Positions 8,486 to 20,500 of a DNA stretch of 64,000 nt are shown in pieces (position 1 is the stretch's first letter; each line of letters begins with the position of its first letter). The notes under the pieces are model-generated. The model was given only the letters and a program-made list of their open reading frames with translations, was not told the origin of the DNA and did not search any database. The DNA comes from a virus (Duplodnaviria > Caudoviricetes). The stretch is taken from positions 163,230 to 227,229 of the IMG/VR virus record IMGVR_UViG_3300029305_003178; one strand, given 5' to 3'. A program made the translations under genes and the position numbers.

Positions 8486-10381
8486 TTATCTATTCTTAAT
8501 TAATCTAATATTTCTTTCGACTTTTCTATAATCATATTCATAGAAGTCTTCACCTTCATCAACTTTTTCAACATCATCAAAATCATTAAAATCTTGTGGT
8601 CTATACATAGAAGGTAATCTATCTAGTTTTTTACCAGCATTAATAATATCTGCTACAAATCTACTACAGAAATATTTTCTTTCATTTTCTGACTGTAACC
8701 CAAAGAAATTTCTTATTAATGCAACTATGTCATATTTTAATTCTTCATCATGCTGTATAAAGAATTTTAATCTGTCCTGCATTTTCTTCAATGATATCCT
8801 ATCAACAAACATAACATATACTGCATACTTGGCTTTAAATTTAGTAAAGAAAGAACTCTTTGGTGAGTTAGCTACAAATCCTGTTTGTTTCATATCTAAA
8901 TCTTTTCTACCAAATGAGTATAATGGTGTTAATTTAGTATTAAATGAAATACATGCATGAGAAAACTCATCACCAGTAACTTTTTTAATAGCATTTGCAA
9001 GTAATGTACCAGAATGCATTAATACTATAAAAATAGGGAATTTATGTAATTTATCATAATTTGCTTCTTCAGTTACAATGTCCTCTGGTTCGATATAGTT
9101 TTCATTTAAGAAATCTATTAATGGTTTATAATCCATTAAAGACTCATATACATCAGTGTCATATTTTTCAATCCATTTATAATTCCATCCATATAATTCT
9201 GCTGTATTATTACCGTATGTATATTTGTGTCCAGGTTTACCATCATCTCCAGTACATAATATTTTACCAATACATTTTAATTTAACTGGTTCCTTAACCC
9301 ATACTTCCCCAGTAATTTTACAGTCTGGAACCTCTTTAACCGTAGGAGTATAAATATTTTTTGGGGTTTTTTCTGGTATATGAACATAAAATGTCTTACC
9401 TTTACAATTTTGAGATAGGGCCATAAGAGATTGATTTATAGATTTAGTAAAACATACTCTTTTTGTATTATTATCTTCAAAGTTATTATTTATTAAAAAA
9501 TTATTTGGTATTTTTGGTATTAATATTTTTTTATCCATATTACTTTGTGATATATGAATAAGTCTACCGATGTCAGAATTACTTGATGATTCGTATAATG
9601 TTTCACATAACGATTCATTTAATGGTTTAAATTGTGATTTAATAATATCCTCTTTTCTATTAAGTAAGTAATTAAAGAAATTATCATAATTTTTATCAAC
9701 TATTTTAATATAATCAACATTTTTCTGTCGATTCATTACATTATCCTTTAACTGTTCTTTTTTTCTATCTCGTTCCATATGTTGATGTGTATTGGGATTA
9801 GTCCCACCATCTTTTACTTCAATCTCTAAATTTAATGAGGGAATATAAAAATCTGGTATATAGAATTTATCTTCTCCTTCAAATTTATAGTGATATGTAT
9901 GTGGAGATGGAGACATAATATCATCAGCATCAAATCCCATAAATCTATCAAGCATTTTTAAGAAATCCAATTCATATGATCCTGTATATGTTTTTTTACT
10001 CTTACCATCTGACCACTCATATATACCAGAGATTTTTCTATTGGCAAGCATTTTTCTCTGCTGGTCTGGATCGTCTAATAATGTAGCTTTACCATATTTA
10101 TTAACCATACGAGATTTAAACATTTCTCGATATTTTTCTTTACATTTAGGATTATTGCAAAATCTTTTATATTTATTAGTACCACTATTCCATTCAGTAT
10201 CTTTTTTACATATTACACAAGAACCATGTTCTCTACCAGTTCTTAAGAAGTAATAATATCTAGCGGCACTATAACCTTCAGGAATTTCTTCCTCATGATC
10301 TTCTAATATATGATCATAAAGTCCTTCTAAAGAAGTTAATTTTTCTTTACAAATAGGACATGAAACTTTTTTATCAGTCAT
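8486..10381 (-). CDS. Multidomain protein: Zn finger + TnsA-like PD-(D/E)xK nuclease + possible ART-like domain + permuted papain-like (NlpC/P60) domain
   Basis: CPIC..H..H; YIPDFYIPSLNLEIEVKDG; LIHIS..RVCFT..TGEVW; FSHACISF...YD...YFCSRFVA. Confidence 0.6.
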   Translation of the reverse strand: MTDKKVSCPICKEKLTSLEGLYDHILEDHEEEIPEGYSAARYYYFLRTGREHGSCVICKKDTEWNSGTNKYKRFCNNPKCKEKYREMFKSRMVNKYGKATLLDDPDQQRKMLANRKISGIYEWSDGKSKKTYTGSYELDFLKMLDRFMGFDADDIMSPSPHTYHYKFEGEDKFYIPDFYIPSLNLEIEVKDGGTNPNTHQHMERDRKKEQLKDNVMNRQKNVDYIKIVDKNYDNFFNYLLNRKEDIIKSQFKPLNESLCETLYESSSNSDIGRLIHISQSNMDKKILIPKIPNNFLINNNFEDNNTKRVCFTKSINQSLMALSQNCKGKTFYVHIPEKTPKNIYTPTVKEVPDCKITGEVWVKEPVKLKCIGKILCTGDDGKPGHKYTYGNNTAELYGWNYKWIEKYDTDVYESLMDYKPLIDFLNENYIEPEDIVTEEANYDKLHKFPIFIVLMHSGTLLANAIKKVTGDEFSHACISFNTKLTPLYSFGRKDLDMKQTGFVANSPKSSFFTKFKAKYAVYVMFVDRISLKKMQDRLKFFIQHDEELKYDIVALIRNFFGLQSENERKYFCSRFVADIINAGKKLDRLPSMYRPQDFNDFDDVEKVDEGEDFYEYDYRKVERNIRLIKNR

Positions 10382-10449
10382 TTTGAATTCCTCCTTTATG
10401 ACTTTATCTATTAGTAGATTGTTTTTGTGGGATAAATAAATGATATTTT

Positions 10450-10470
10450 AAATATATATTATTTATATGA
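10450..10470 (+). promoter_or_regulatory. Representative early promoter motif AAATATATATTAT-N5-TG
   Basis: Recurs at 282, 6066, 10450, 28814, 42980, 44743, 57010 (+) and 3251, 24279, 39666, 42384 (-), always upstream of co-oriented genes. Confidence 0.7.
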
Positions 10471-10525
10471 GTTCAAGTTACACAACACCCATCATATTTT
10501 ATTTATTTAAGAGAGGAGATTTATT

Positions 10526-11149
10526 ATGAGCTTACTTAAAGAAACCACTTTTATTGATGAAGAACTTGGAGAAGTTGTCTATAACAACGACCCAAATAAC
10601 ACAAAAGGGAAAAAATTTTATTTTGATGAAACCGATACAATTAAAGATGATGTTGAAAATGAAACTTTATACAGAATTATTGCCTGTAAAAAATTTAAAA
10701 CTGCAAGTGGTCGCGAAATAACTCCTGGAACAAAAGGAGGATATATGTCTATTACATGCACATTAGGTCACAATAAAAAATGTTGGATTGGGGATGAAGC
10801 AAGAGTATCCGGTCAATCTAAAATTAAAGGAAATGCAGAAATTTTCGGAAATGCTAAAGTAATCAGCGGCTGTACAATAAAAGATGATGTTAAAGTTTAT
10901 GGAAATGCCGTAGTATTTTCTGGATGTGTATTGTCTGAAACCGTTAAAGTATATGGTAATGCTGAAGTATATGACGATTCTGTTATCAGCGGAAATGTAG
11001 AAATTTATGATGATGCTAAAATATGTGAATGTCATATTTCTGGAAATATTGATATTAGTGACAGAATTAAACTGATAGAATGTACGGTTAGTGGATATGG
11101 TGAATTACCAGGAGAAATTGTATTGGGTGATCCTGATTTTATCGACTAA
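10526..11149 (+). CDS. Left-handed beta-helix (hexapeptide VYGNA-repeat) phage protein
   Basis: GTKGGY...CWIGDEARV followed by IFGNAKV, VYGNAVV, VYGNAEVYD, IYDDAKI repeats. Confidence 0.8.
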   Translation: MSLLKETTFIDEELGEVVYNNDPNNTKGKKFYFDETDTIKDDVENETLYRIIACKKFKTASGREITPGTKGGYMSITCTLGHNKKCWIGDEARVSGQSKIKGNAEIFGNAKVISGCTIKDDVKVYGNAVVFSGCVLSETVKVYGNAEVYDDSVISGNVEIYDDAKICECHISGNIDISDRIKLIECTVSGYGELPGEIVLGDPDFID

Positions 11150-11305
11150 AAAAAAAATATAATGGTAGCAAAAATGCTACCATTTTTTTTTTGCGTTTTT
11201 CTAACTATCTCATGTATATATTATAACTACAGTATATTCGAAATAAGCTTATTATGGAGGTATTATGTTATGAACATTATTATGGAATAATTTAAGCAAT
11301 AACAA

Positions 11306-11545
11306 TTGAGTTGGGGGAAGTCATCGATGACATTCGAAAAAATATTGATAGCTGCAGAACCTGAATTGGGCGAATATGTTAAATATGAACCATTAGCAGA
11401 TGAGCAAATCAACATTGATAATATTCGTAAAGAATTTGCAAATATTTATACGGCTATTGGTATAAGTATAAGTTTAGGTAGATCATATACACACTACAAT
11501 GAAAGATTAATAAAATTAAAAGAAATGATGGTGCATATTGCATGA
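11306..11545 (+). CDS. Hypothetical protein (start uncertain)
   Basis: Short ORF whose stop overlaps the next start (ATGA). Confidence 0.5.
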   Translation: MSWGKSSMTFEKILIAAEPELGEYVKYEPLADEQINIDNIRKEFANIYTAIGISISLGRSYTHYNERLIKLKEMMVHIA

Positions 11546-11850
11546 ATCTTATTGAAAAAGGTTACTTATATAAAATAAAATACAAAATTGATGAATTCAT
11601 AGAATTACATCATAATAGTAAAGATATGACAGCAATTTTATATACAGCATTTTTAATTGAAAAGCTGTATAGAGAAAATCCTATGGATGACAGCTGTTGT
11701 ACTAATGACACTATATTCAAAGCATCATTGTCTCTTAAAATATATAAAGTAGTACGAGAAACAGAAATAAAAATAACTGAAATATTCGGTGAGAATAAGC
11801 TAATAGAAACTTTATTAGCTAGTATATTTGAAGTAATTGATTTTGAATAA
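11542..11850 (+). CDS. Hypothetical protein
   Basis: ORF followed by a hairpin terminator at 11861-11897. Confidence 0.55.
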   Translation: MNLIEKGYLYKIKYKIDEFIELHHNSKDMTAILYTAFLIEKLYRENPMDDSCCTNDTIFKASLSLKIYKVVRETEIKITEIFGENKLIETLLASIFEVIDFE

Positions 11851-11901
11851 TGATAAAATTTAGAGGTAAGTAGATATCAATAATCTACTTACCTCTAATA
11901 A

Positions 11902-12249
11902 TTATTTTTTTCGCTCAATATTAAATACATTACTATTATTCCCTTTGATCATTGTGATTTTACAAATATGATTATACATATCTAAATATTCACCATAAAA
12001 ATGTAATTTCACAAAATCACTAATATCTGTTAAAGATACATTAGTATCTAACTCAACAGAGATATCATATGCTGTTACAGATACTTTATCTGTTCCGTAT
12101 CGTGTATATAAATCGTTTATAATTTCGGAAAAAATTTCATTGACAATCGTTTCATTATTCTTACAAAAATTATTTTTTTTCTTAATACTAGAAATTACTG
12201 TATTATCATTAATAATAGTAGCCATTGATACCATGCTCATCACCACCAA
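11902..12249 (-). CDS. Hypothetical protein
   Basis: ORF of about 110 aa with a GGTGGTG RBS. Confidence 0.6.
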   Translation of the reverse strand: MVVMSMVSMATIINDNTVISSIKKKNNFCKNNETIVNEIFSEIINDLYTRYGTDKVSVTAYDISVELDTNVSLTDISDFVKLHFYGEYLDMYNHICKITMIKGNNSNVFNIERKK

Positions 12250-12296
12250 TCTTGTTATAAGTCTATATAAATATATGTCTGCATAATAGTAATATT

Positions 12297-12920
12297 TTAC
12301 ATATTATTCCACTTCTCTACTTTTTTTCTATTATAATTAGAATCATATTCTGAAAAAAATTCTATACTTATTTCCACTCTTGGTTTAGATGAATACTTTT
12401 TAATAGTTCTACCATCATATATTAATGAGTCATCTAATATAAAATGTTTTTGAACCATATCACTATATGTTTTACCAAGATTATCCCAATCTGGTTTACT
12501 TATATATGGAATTAGTTCTAATTCAGATAGAACCTTTTCAACTTTACTCATATTATTTGGAATAGGTGAAAAAGTTCTACATATAAATTTACAAGGAGTT
12601 ACTATCTTAAAATCTATATCAGTACATTCTTCTATAAATATTCTAAATAACTCACCATAATCTATATTCTTTTTAACATAGAAAACTTTAGTGAATCTAT
12701 TACTTCTAGCTCTAGGAGTAGCTTGAGGTAAAAAATAAAAGACAAAATCGATTTTATATGTTTTTATGCCTCGTATACGCTTAATACCTAGACGTATATT
12801 ATCTAAATCTTTAGAATTTATTTTTAATTCCCTCATCAATGATAATATCCTAGTAGTGTACTCTTCTGGAATACTACCATATAATGCTTCATATTCTTCA
12901 ACTTTTTTATTTTTCTTCAT
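12297..12920 (-). CDS. rusA: RusA-like Holliday junction resolvase
   Basis: KPDWDNLGKTYSD...LDDSLIYDG...KKYSSKPRVEI catalytic pattern; PQATPRAR. Confidence 0.8.
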   Translation of the reverse strand: MKKNKKVEEYEALYGSIPEEYTTRILSLMRELKINSKDLDNIRLGIKRIRGIKTYKIDFVFYFLPQATPRARSNRFTKVFYVKKNIDYGELFRIFIEECTDIDFKIVTPCKFICRTFSPIPNNMSKVEKVLSELELIPYISKPDWDNLGKTYSDMVQKHFILDDSLIYDGRTIKKYSSKPRVEISIEFFSEYDSNYNRKKVEKWNNM

Positions 12921-12930
12921 AATATCACCA

Positions 12931-14412
12931 TTACAATCGAACCCATCTCATAATTGAGTTCCTTACACCTTCAATAATAGTACCATGTATATATTGGTTA
13001 GCCATGTCATAAGGTGCACTAGTCACTGTAGAATAAATAGTTTTAAGTTTCAACCATAAATGAGGTTCTAAAATATCAACTGCACAAGTTGTTGCTAAGA
13101 ATGTTATTAAACCATCATTCTGTAAAAATTTTAATGGCTGAACAGCACTTGTCATCATTAAATTATCATACAAATCAGATATTTCTAACGATACTTTACA
13201 TTTATTAGGTAAACTATTTACGTTCCATGTTCCATCACCACCAATATCAACATTGATGCTACTAACAATACCAAGGTCAATACCCATTCTACCTTTCATA
13301 CTACACTGAACTAAGAATGGTGTTGTGAACGAGTTTGCACTAACTTGTCTAGGTAATCCTAATGCCAAAATATGCATTAGTGGCATTAATATATTCAAAA
13401 ATACTGATTCCGGATCACCATATGGGGAATCTAATTCTATAGTAAAACTATAACTATTTCTATGAGATGAGTCACCCCATATTTCTGGAAACATGATGTT
13501 ACTACCTTGCACTACTTGTTGTGTCAGACCAATAATTTTAGATAAGTTATTAGTGCCATCACCTTTCAATGCATTACTAGCGGTACCAGTCATACTACCA
13601 AGTGTTGTACCGAGAGTATTAGCCATATCACCAACAAACGATCCACCACCGATTAAATTGATTTCTTTCCATAATGCTTCGGCAGTATCAAATAACCCAG
13701 CTACTTTAGATTCAGATGTTGTATTACTAAAACTTTTATTAACAGATTCTGCACCATTAACATAGAATTTAATAATTTTAGCATCACCAATCAGATTATC
13801 AGAAATGGCTGATGCCATTGAACTCATACTATCGGAAATAGCATCCCACATACCATATTTAGAATCTTTACTACGATTTGTTTTATTTGTTAAAATATTT
13901 TTATAGTTAGCCCAATTAAATTTACCATAAGTACTATTTGTCCCTGGAACCGTATTGCGATCTATACCTAAGTACATTGCAGATACTCTACAAAGCATAT
14001 TAACATATGACATATACCATGTGTATGTTGGAGTTAATGTATAATATCTACCCTCTATATCTGCAACATCTTTTAATGTTGCTGCAGTTTGCTGATTACC
14101 TGCCATTGCAGCATCGATATATGCAGCTAATGAACCTTTCTGATCTTCCGTTAATGCATTAAAATAATTACTAACACCAGGAATAACAGACAATATTGGA
14201 GCTTCAGCAATCATATTCTCAAGAAATAGTCTACCAGCACGTATATCATTGTATGGTCTAATATCTGTTGTATCCAAATATTGAAAAGGTAAACCTATAA
14301 TTCTATTTGATGTTGCAACAGCACTTTTACTACGTTCCGATGACTGCTGCATTAATATTATTTTATTTAGTTTCTCATCTTCGAGATCTGCAGTATTTAA
14401 ATATTCCGCCAT
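12931..14412 (-). CDS. Probable virion structural (baseplate/tail) protein
   Basis: Directly downstream of the tape-measure/lysin gene; AACA-N6-TA at 14433-14444 (-). Confidence 0.55.
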   Translation of the reverse strand: MAEYLNTADLEDEKLNKIILMQQSSERSKSAVATSNRIIGLPFQYLDTTDIRPYNDIRAGRLFLENMIAEAPILSVIPGVSNYFNALTEDQKGSLAAYIDAAMAGNQQTAATLKDVADIEGRYYTLTPTYTWYMSYVNMLCRVSAMYLGIDRNTVPGTNSTYGKFNWANYKNILTNKTNRSKDSKYGMWDAISDSMSSMASAISDNLIGDAKIIKFYVNGAESVNKSFSNTTSESKVAGLFDTAEALWKEINLIGGGSFVGDMANTLGTTLGSMTGTASNALKGDGTNNLSKIIGLTQQVVQGSNIMFPEIWGDSSHRNSYSFTIELDSPYGDPESVFLNILMPLMHILALGLPRQVSANSFTTPFLVQCSMKGRMGIDLGIVSSINVDIGGDGTWNVNSLPNKCKVSLEISDLYDNLMMTSAVQPLKFLQNDGLITFLATTCAVDILEPHLWLKLKTIYSTVTSAPYDMANQYIHGTIIEGVRNSIMRWVRL

Positions 14413-14510
14413 ATATAAACACTTCCTTTCATTACATATTTGTTTTTCAGCATTTCTTATATAAAAATAGAGATACTTAAGATATGATAATCTTAAGTAT
14501 CTCTTATTAA

Positions 14511-17500
14511 TTAATGTATTCCTTGTGCCACAGCTTTTGCTATAGCATATTTAGATTTAGTTTGTTCTTCCCTTCTTTGTTTAGCTATATCAAACATAGG
14601 ATTCGAAGATACATTATTCGTATTAGCTACAACTGCAGTAGGAGCATTTTCTTTACTAGCAATTTTAGCTGTATTATCTGTTGTATTTCGTGTATTTGTA
14701 GCAATTTCTGTTAAAAGTGTTACAATCTTAACGATATTATCAACTACTGTAGTATCTGTACCAGATGTTTTTGCTGTAGCAGCTACAGTTTCAATAACAT
14801 CACCTATACCACCAATACCATTATTAGCAAATTTATCTTTAAATAAGTCTTTAGGAGCAGTCATTACAAATTTAGAATCTGGAATTCTACTTCCCACTTT
14901 AACCATTTGACCATCTAAGCCGCCTTGATTATGTGAAGCTTTTCTAGAATCATTATCATAAATTGTTCCAGTCTTAGAATATTTCTGATAATATCCTCTA
15001 GCGGCTTCAAGTCGTCTATCCATATGAGGTTTACCAGCTCGCTCAAAAGCACCTTCAAACTGTCTAGTGGCCATATCAACATCTGTAGAGCGTTTCCATT
15101 CAGCATATGTTGTAGGGACAGCACCAGCATTTGTAAGTGTTGAACCTGCTATATTTCCACCATATTTTATATCATTTTTAAAATAGTAATCTAATGAACC
15201 TAATTCATTATGAATAAATTCTAACTGAGAACCAAGGTCTGTCCAATCTTTACCTTTCTTCTTAGCATAATTACTCATATTTAACCATCTGCCAGCTTTA
15301 TTTTTATAGCTTTCCCATTGTGCTATACCTGCGGCATGACCAGACCCATGTTGAATTGCAGCAGGGTTCATACCAGATTCAGCATAAAGGTTGCCCATAA
15401 TACCAGCAGTAGCCTCTTTTGAATAACCATTCTGTGTGAAGAATTGCCATACCTTATCAGGTGTTTCCCCATCAGGGAGATTTGTATTAATTGCTGTACT
15501 AACACCATCTGCTGATATAGATGTAGCATCTGCAGTAGTAGGTGCCGCTAAACCAGCCTGCGCTAGTACATTATTCAATGTACTAGACATTACGTCTATA
15601 ACAGTACTCATTCCAGTATCTACGCCTGTTGATGGATTAACTGTTGCAAATTCATCATCAGTATTTTCAGCTAATGCTAAATCAGGATTACCACTATCAA
15701 ATCCTTCAATATATTTATTAGGATCTACATAATTACCATATTTTGATCCCATTACACTATAGTGTAAATGTGATCCAGTCGATCTACCGGTACTACCTTC
15801 TCTACCGATAGTATCACCTAATTCTACAGTATCTCCCTCTTTAACATCTATGCTATTCATATGAGCATAAAGATGGAGTTTACCATATTTATCTTTAACT
15901 ATAACATTATTACCATAACCTCTACCTTTACCGCTAGGGGCATCATTTGTTGCTGGATCAATATGATTTGCTGCGATTACAGTTCCTGGAACAAATGCAG
16001 CAATTCTAGAACCTAATCCTCTAGCCATATCTACACCTTCATGACCACTAGGTTTGCCAGTAAAGGGGTCATTACGGAAACCAAAATCAGATGTTAAGTG
16101 TTTTCTATAATTTTGATATTGAGATAATACTGCACCGCCTTGATGTTTTTTAGCAAATTTATTATATTCAGAATCAAAATCATCTAAGCTTATATCTTCT
16201 CTACCACCAAAATTAAATTTACTAGTAACCCAGTTCCAAACTTTAGAACCTGTTTTTTTAGCACCATCTATAAAACCTGAAAAAGAGTCACCAATTTTTT
16301 CTACACCACCATTGAATTTTTCACCAATTCCAGTAAATAAATCAACTATAGGATCCCAGAAATCAGCAATTTTCTTTTCAACGTTAGTTTTAAATGTTTC
16401 CCATTTAGTTTGTATTTCTACAAATTTGTCATCTAAAGATTTAAATGCATTAGTAATAAAATCACCAGCAGTACCAGTAATATCAGAGAACCATTTACCT
16501 ACAGAACCTAATGCTCTACCAACAACACTTGTAGTTTCAGTATTCTGTGTAATTGAATCATCCGCTCTACGAAGTACATCCATAAATCCAGGATCATTTC
16601 TAAGACTTTCATCTTCAACAAGCATTTGTTCTAACATAGCTTTTGTAGATTTAGCCTGAGCAAGTTTTTCTTCATCACCTTTACCACCAAATAACCATTT
16701 CTTAGCTTTAGATGCACCATCAACAACTTTTCCAAAGAATCCTTTGTTTTGCATATCATTGAATGCATCTTTACTATAATTACTTTGTGATGTAAGTGAT
16801 GATATATCTGTATTAAGTTCATTCATAAACTCAGCATTATCTTTCAAACTAGGATCAGCTTTAAGCTGAGCTTGTTTTTCCCTAACTCTAGCAAAAGTAG
16901 CTCTATCTTCATCCGTACCAGATGCTGCAACTTGCACCATCACATCATCTTGATATTTAGAATTAAATTTCTGTTGAGCTACACTTATTGAAGGGTCATC
17001 TTCATCTGCTAAGCCAGAATATAACAATTCAGCAATAGTCTTAATAAAATCAAAACCGATTAAAGATTTAGTAATTTCATTAATCAATGCCACTAAACTA
17101 CCCCATGATGAAGATGTGATACCTTTAACAATAGCAGAAACTGCTCTCATTTTCATTGTAACATCTTCCTGAGATACTTCAAATAAATTAGCTGCTTCAG
17201 ATTTTGTTATACCTGTTGCAACACCATACGCCATAAATGCTATATCACCATAGATCATTAAGAATTTAGCTGAAGTTGCAGCTATTTTACCACTAAATTT
17301 AGCAAGTTTAACAGGATTCATAATACTAAGAATCTTACTAACTATAGATTTAAGTGTACTAAGGTGTTTACCTTTAATATATTTACTCAAATATTTCTCT
17401 ATAGATTTCATTACACTCTTAGCTGCATTAATGAATTTTGTTATAGTTGTTTCTTTAGCACCGGCTGTACCAGTAACTGCATTCTTAATACTATCTATTT

Positions 17501-20500
17501 TACCAACTACAGCATTTTTAATTTTCTGAGTTAATGGAACTCTTGTTGCGGCAGTTACACCTTCATCAGCTACACTAACTGCAGATTGTCTAGCTTCACT
17601 AAGTATCTGTCTATCAGCTTTAAATCTAGTGAAAGCTTTATATTTATCACCAGCAATTCTAGCAGCATTTGTGACACCAGCAACGCCAGTTGCCTCCATA
17701 GCATCATAGTTTACTGATGTTGTGCCAGTTGCATCAGTTCTATCACCATCGTCGTCTTTAAGACCAAAAATTTCTTTAATCTTACCAGACATCATATTTA
17801 CAAGATTAGTAACAGCATCTCCAACTACCACACTTATATTAGTTATAGGATCTTTAAAGAATTTAAGTAAGAATGGAATAGCTAAAATGAGACCAGTTGT
17901 AATTAAACCTTTCTTACCAAAGATAGAAGCCCAGTTAAATTTATGCTCTTTACCATCATCCCTGATATCTTTAACGAAATTCTTCATTGTATTAAAGAAT
18001 CCTGTACGTTCTTTTCTATCAGCTAACTCTGATGATATCTGTCTGTTATTAGCTAAATTCTGACTTCTTGCTTTAGCAATACTTTCAGCCATTTGCTGTT
18101 CTTTCTTAGCTTTAGCTTCTTCTTTTTTCTTTTTCTCAGCTTCTTCTTTATCATCATTTGTATCAAATACTTCTTGACCTTTAGTAACAGCTTTAGCTAA
18201 TGTATCTACAGGAGCTTCAAGATCAGAAGAAATATCTTTCTTAGAATCAGATCTAACCAACTCTATTAATTTATCGAGTCTCTGATGTATACCATCATCA
18301 TGTGTAAAAATAGAGCCTTTTTCACTACCAAGATCAGCTAAAGTTTTAACAGATTTTCTTGTTTCTTCAGCTATTTCCACATCATTTTCTAACATTGCTG
18401 TCACATCTGATGTTTTTTGAGATATAGTATCGAGATTTTCATGATTGTCTCTATCCATCTTAACTCTACTTTTTTCTATAGAATCTGCATTTGTATATGC
18501 TTTACCATATTCATTTTTAAGAGCTTTTTCTTCTTCTTTTCGTTTAGCTCTTTCCAATTTTCTCTGTTCTTTAGAACTTAATTCTGATGTAACATCTTTA
18601 TTATATTTATTTTTCTTAGCTTCTGCTTGTTTATTTCTAAGATTTTCTTCATCTTGATCAAGGAATGCATTTCTAACATCACTACGATATTCCGAATCTG
18701 ATATAAGTTTATTCTTTTTATCGAGCATTTCTTTAGCATATCCTGCACCTTCAGGTGAATACTGCATGCTTCGTCTAGTTGCACCAGGTAAGTAAGATGC
18801 AGCAAGCATTTTAAGAAGTTCACCACTAGATTCATACTCACCGTCTCTTATTCTATCAAGAATATTTTCATCGGCACCTTTTCTAGCAGCTCTATCTCTT
18901 AAAGAACCTCTAGCCATACCCATTAACTGGAATGGTAATGCGATTGCTTTAAATGGTGTTGTTATTGCAGCTGATACCATTTTAAGTGTTAATTTACCAA
19001 AGCCCATCATTGCTTTACCAAGCAATCCAAATGTACCTTGAATCAGTTTCTTAGTAAACCCAAATAAATCAGATACGCCATTTCTAATAAATGTGAATGC
19101 TGGTTTAACTACACCTTGTACAATAGGATTATCGACTAATCTTCGCTTAATTTCATCTTTAATTAATCCTCTATAATGTGTCAAACCTTCTTTAATATGT
19201 CTTTGATATAATCTTTCAGAAACAGAAGATAATATTTTTACAGGGAATTCAAGTACTTTACCAAATACACTAGCAGTTTTTTCTATCATGAACTTACTAA
19301 CAGATTTGAATAAAGGAATTGGATTAAGTTTTTTAACAAAATCTTTTAATACTTGCAAACCTGGAAGATTAGCAATAGTATCTTTAACAGTTTCACCAAG
19401 CTCTTTAAGTCTAATACCTATTCTAGAAAATTCTTCTTTAATAGGTACCATTGCAATACTAAATGGTGTAGCAATTTTCTCATCAAACCAGTTCTGTATA
19501 TTGGTAGTCCATTTAGACATAGTAAATTTAAATGGTTCTAAAACTTCCATTTGTAAATAGTTGCCAAATCTACCAAATATACCACCATCTTTAGTCACAT
19601 TACCATTAGCATCAAACTCAGCTTTACCGAATAAGAAATCTTTCCATTTATCCGATGTTAATAAAATACCAGTTGCAGCACCAGTGATTGCAAGAGCCAT
19701 TGGATTAATAGCTAAGCTACCTAATAAACCAAATGAACCCAATCCTTTACCGAGAATCATACCACCAATGCCACCAACAGCACCAGCACCAAATTTAAGT
19801 TTATGGGCTGTCATGAATGATTTACCAAGTTCTGCACCTGCTTTAACTATACCTGCATTACCAACAGTTTCTTTAGCACCAAAGAGCATATTTTTAAATG
19901 ACTCTGATCTAAGAAGTAATGCTGTAGCAATACCTGTTAATGCACCTGTGATTGGTCCACCTAAAATAAATGAAGGTAAAATACCAAAGCCTAAACCACC
20001 AGAAATAGCACCAATAGTACCACCACCGATAATATTAACTTTGTTAGCTGCCAAGAAGTCTTGTGCACCTTTACTAATAAATCCACCTATTCTAGCATTA
20101 GTTTTAGCATCCATTGGACCAAATAACCAATCTTTGAATCTTTCAGACTGTGATAAGAAACCACCTGTGATACCCAATACTGCACCAGACATAGGGCCTA
20201 AGAACATGGAACCTAAAATACCAAATCCACCAGCACTAGCTAGTAAACCAGCACCACCAGCAAGTAAACCTACTGCCAATGCTTTAGGTAATGCGTTCTT
20301 AACTTTTTCAGTAAAGTCACCGACATTAAACGCAGATACTTTTTCTCCAGCTTTATCTTTCATACCAAATATAGCATCTAACCATACTTGGCCACCTTCA
20401 TATAAAGTATCTTTAATATTTCCTAAAAATCCTTTACCTTTATCTTTAAGACCTTCTTTATCATTAGTGCCGAAAATATATTCTGCCATAGTATCTTTAA

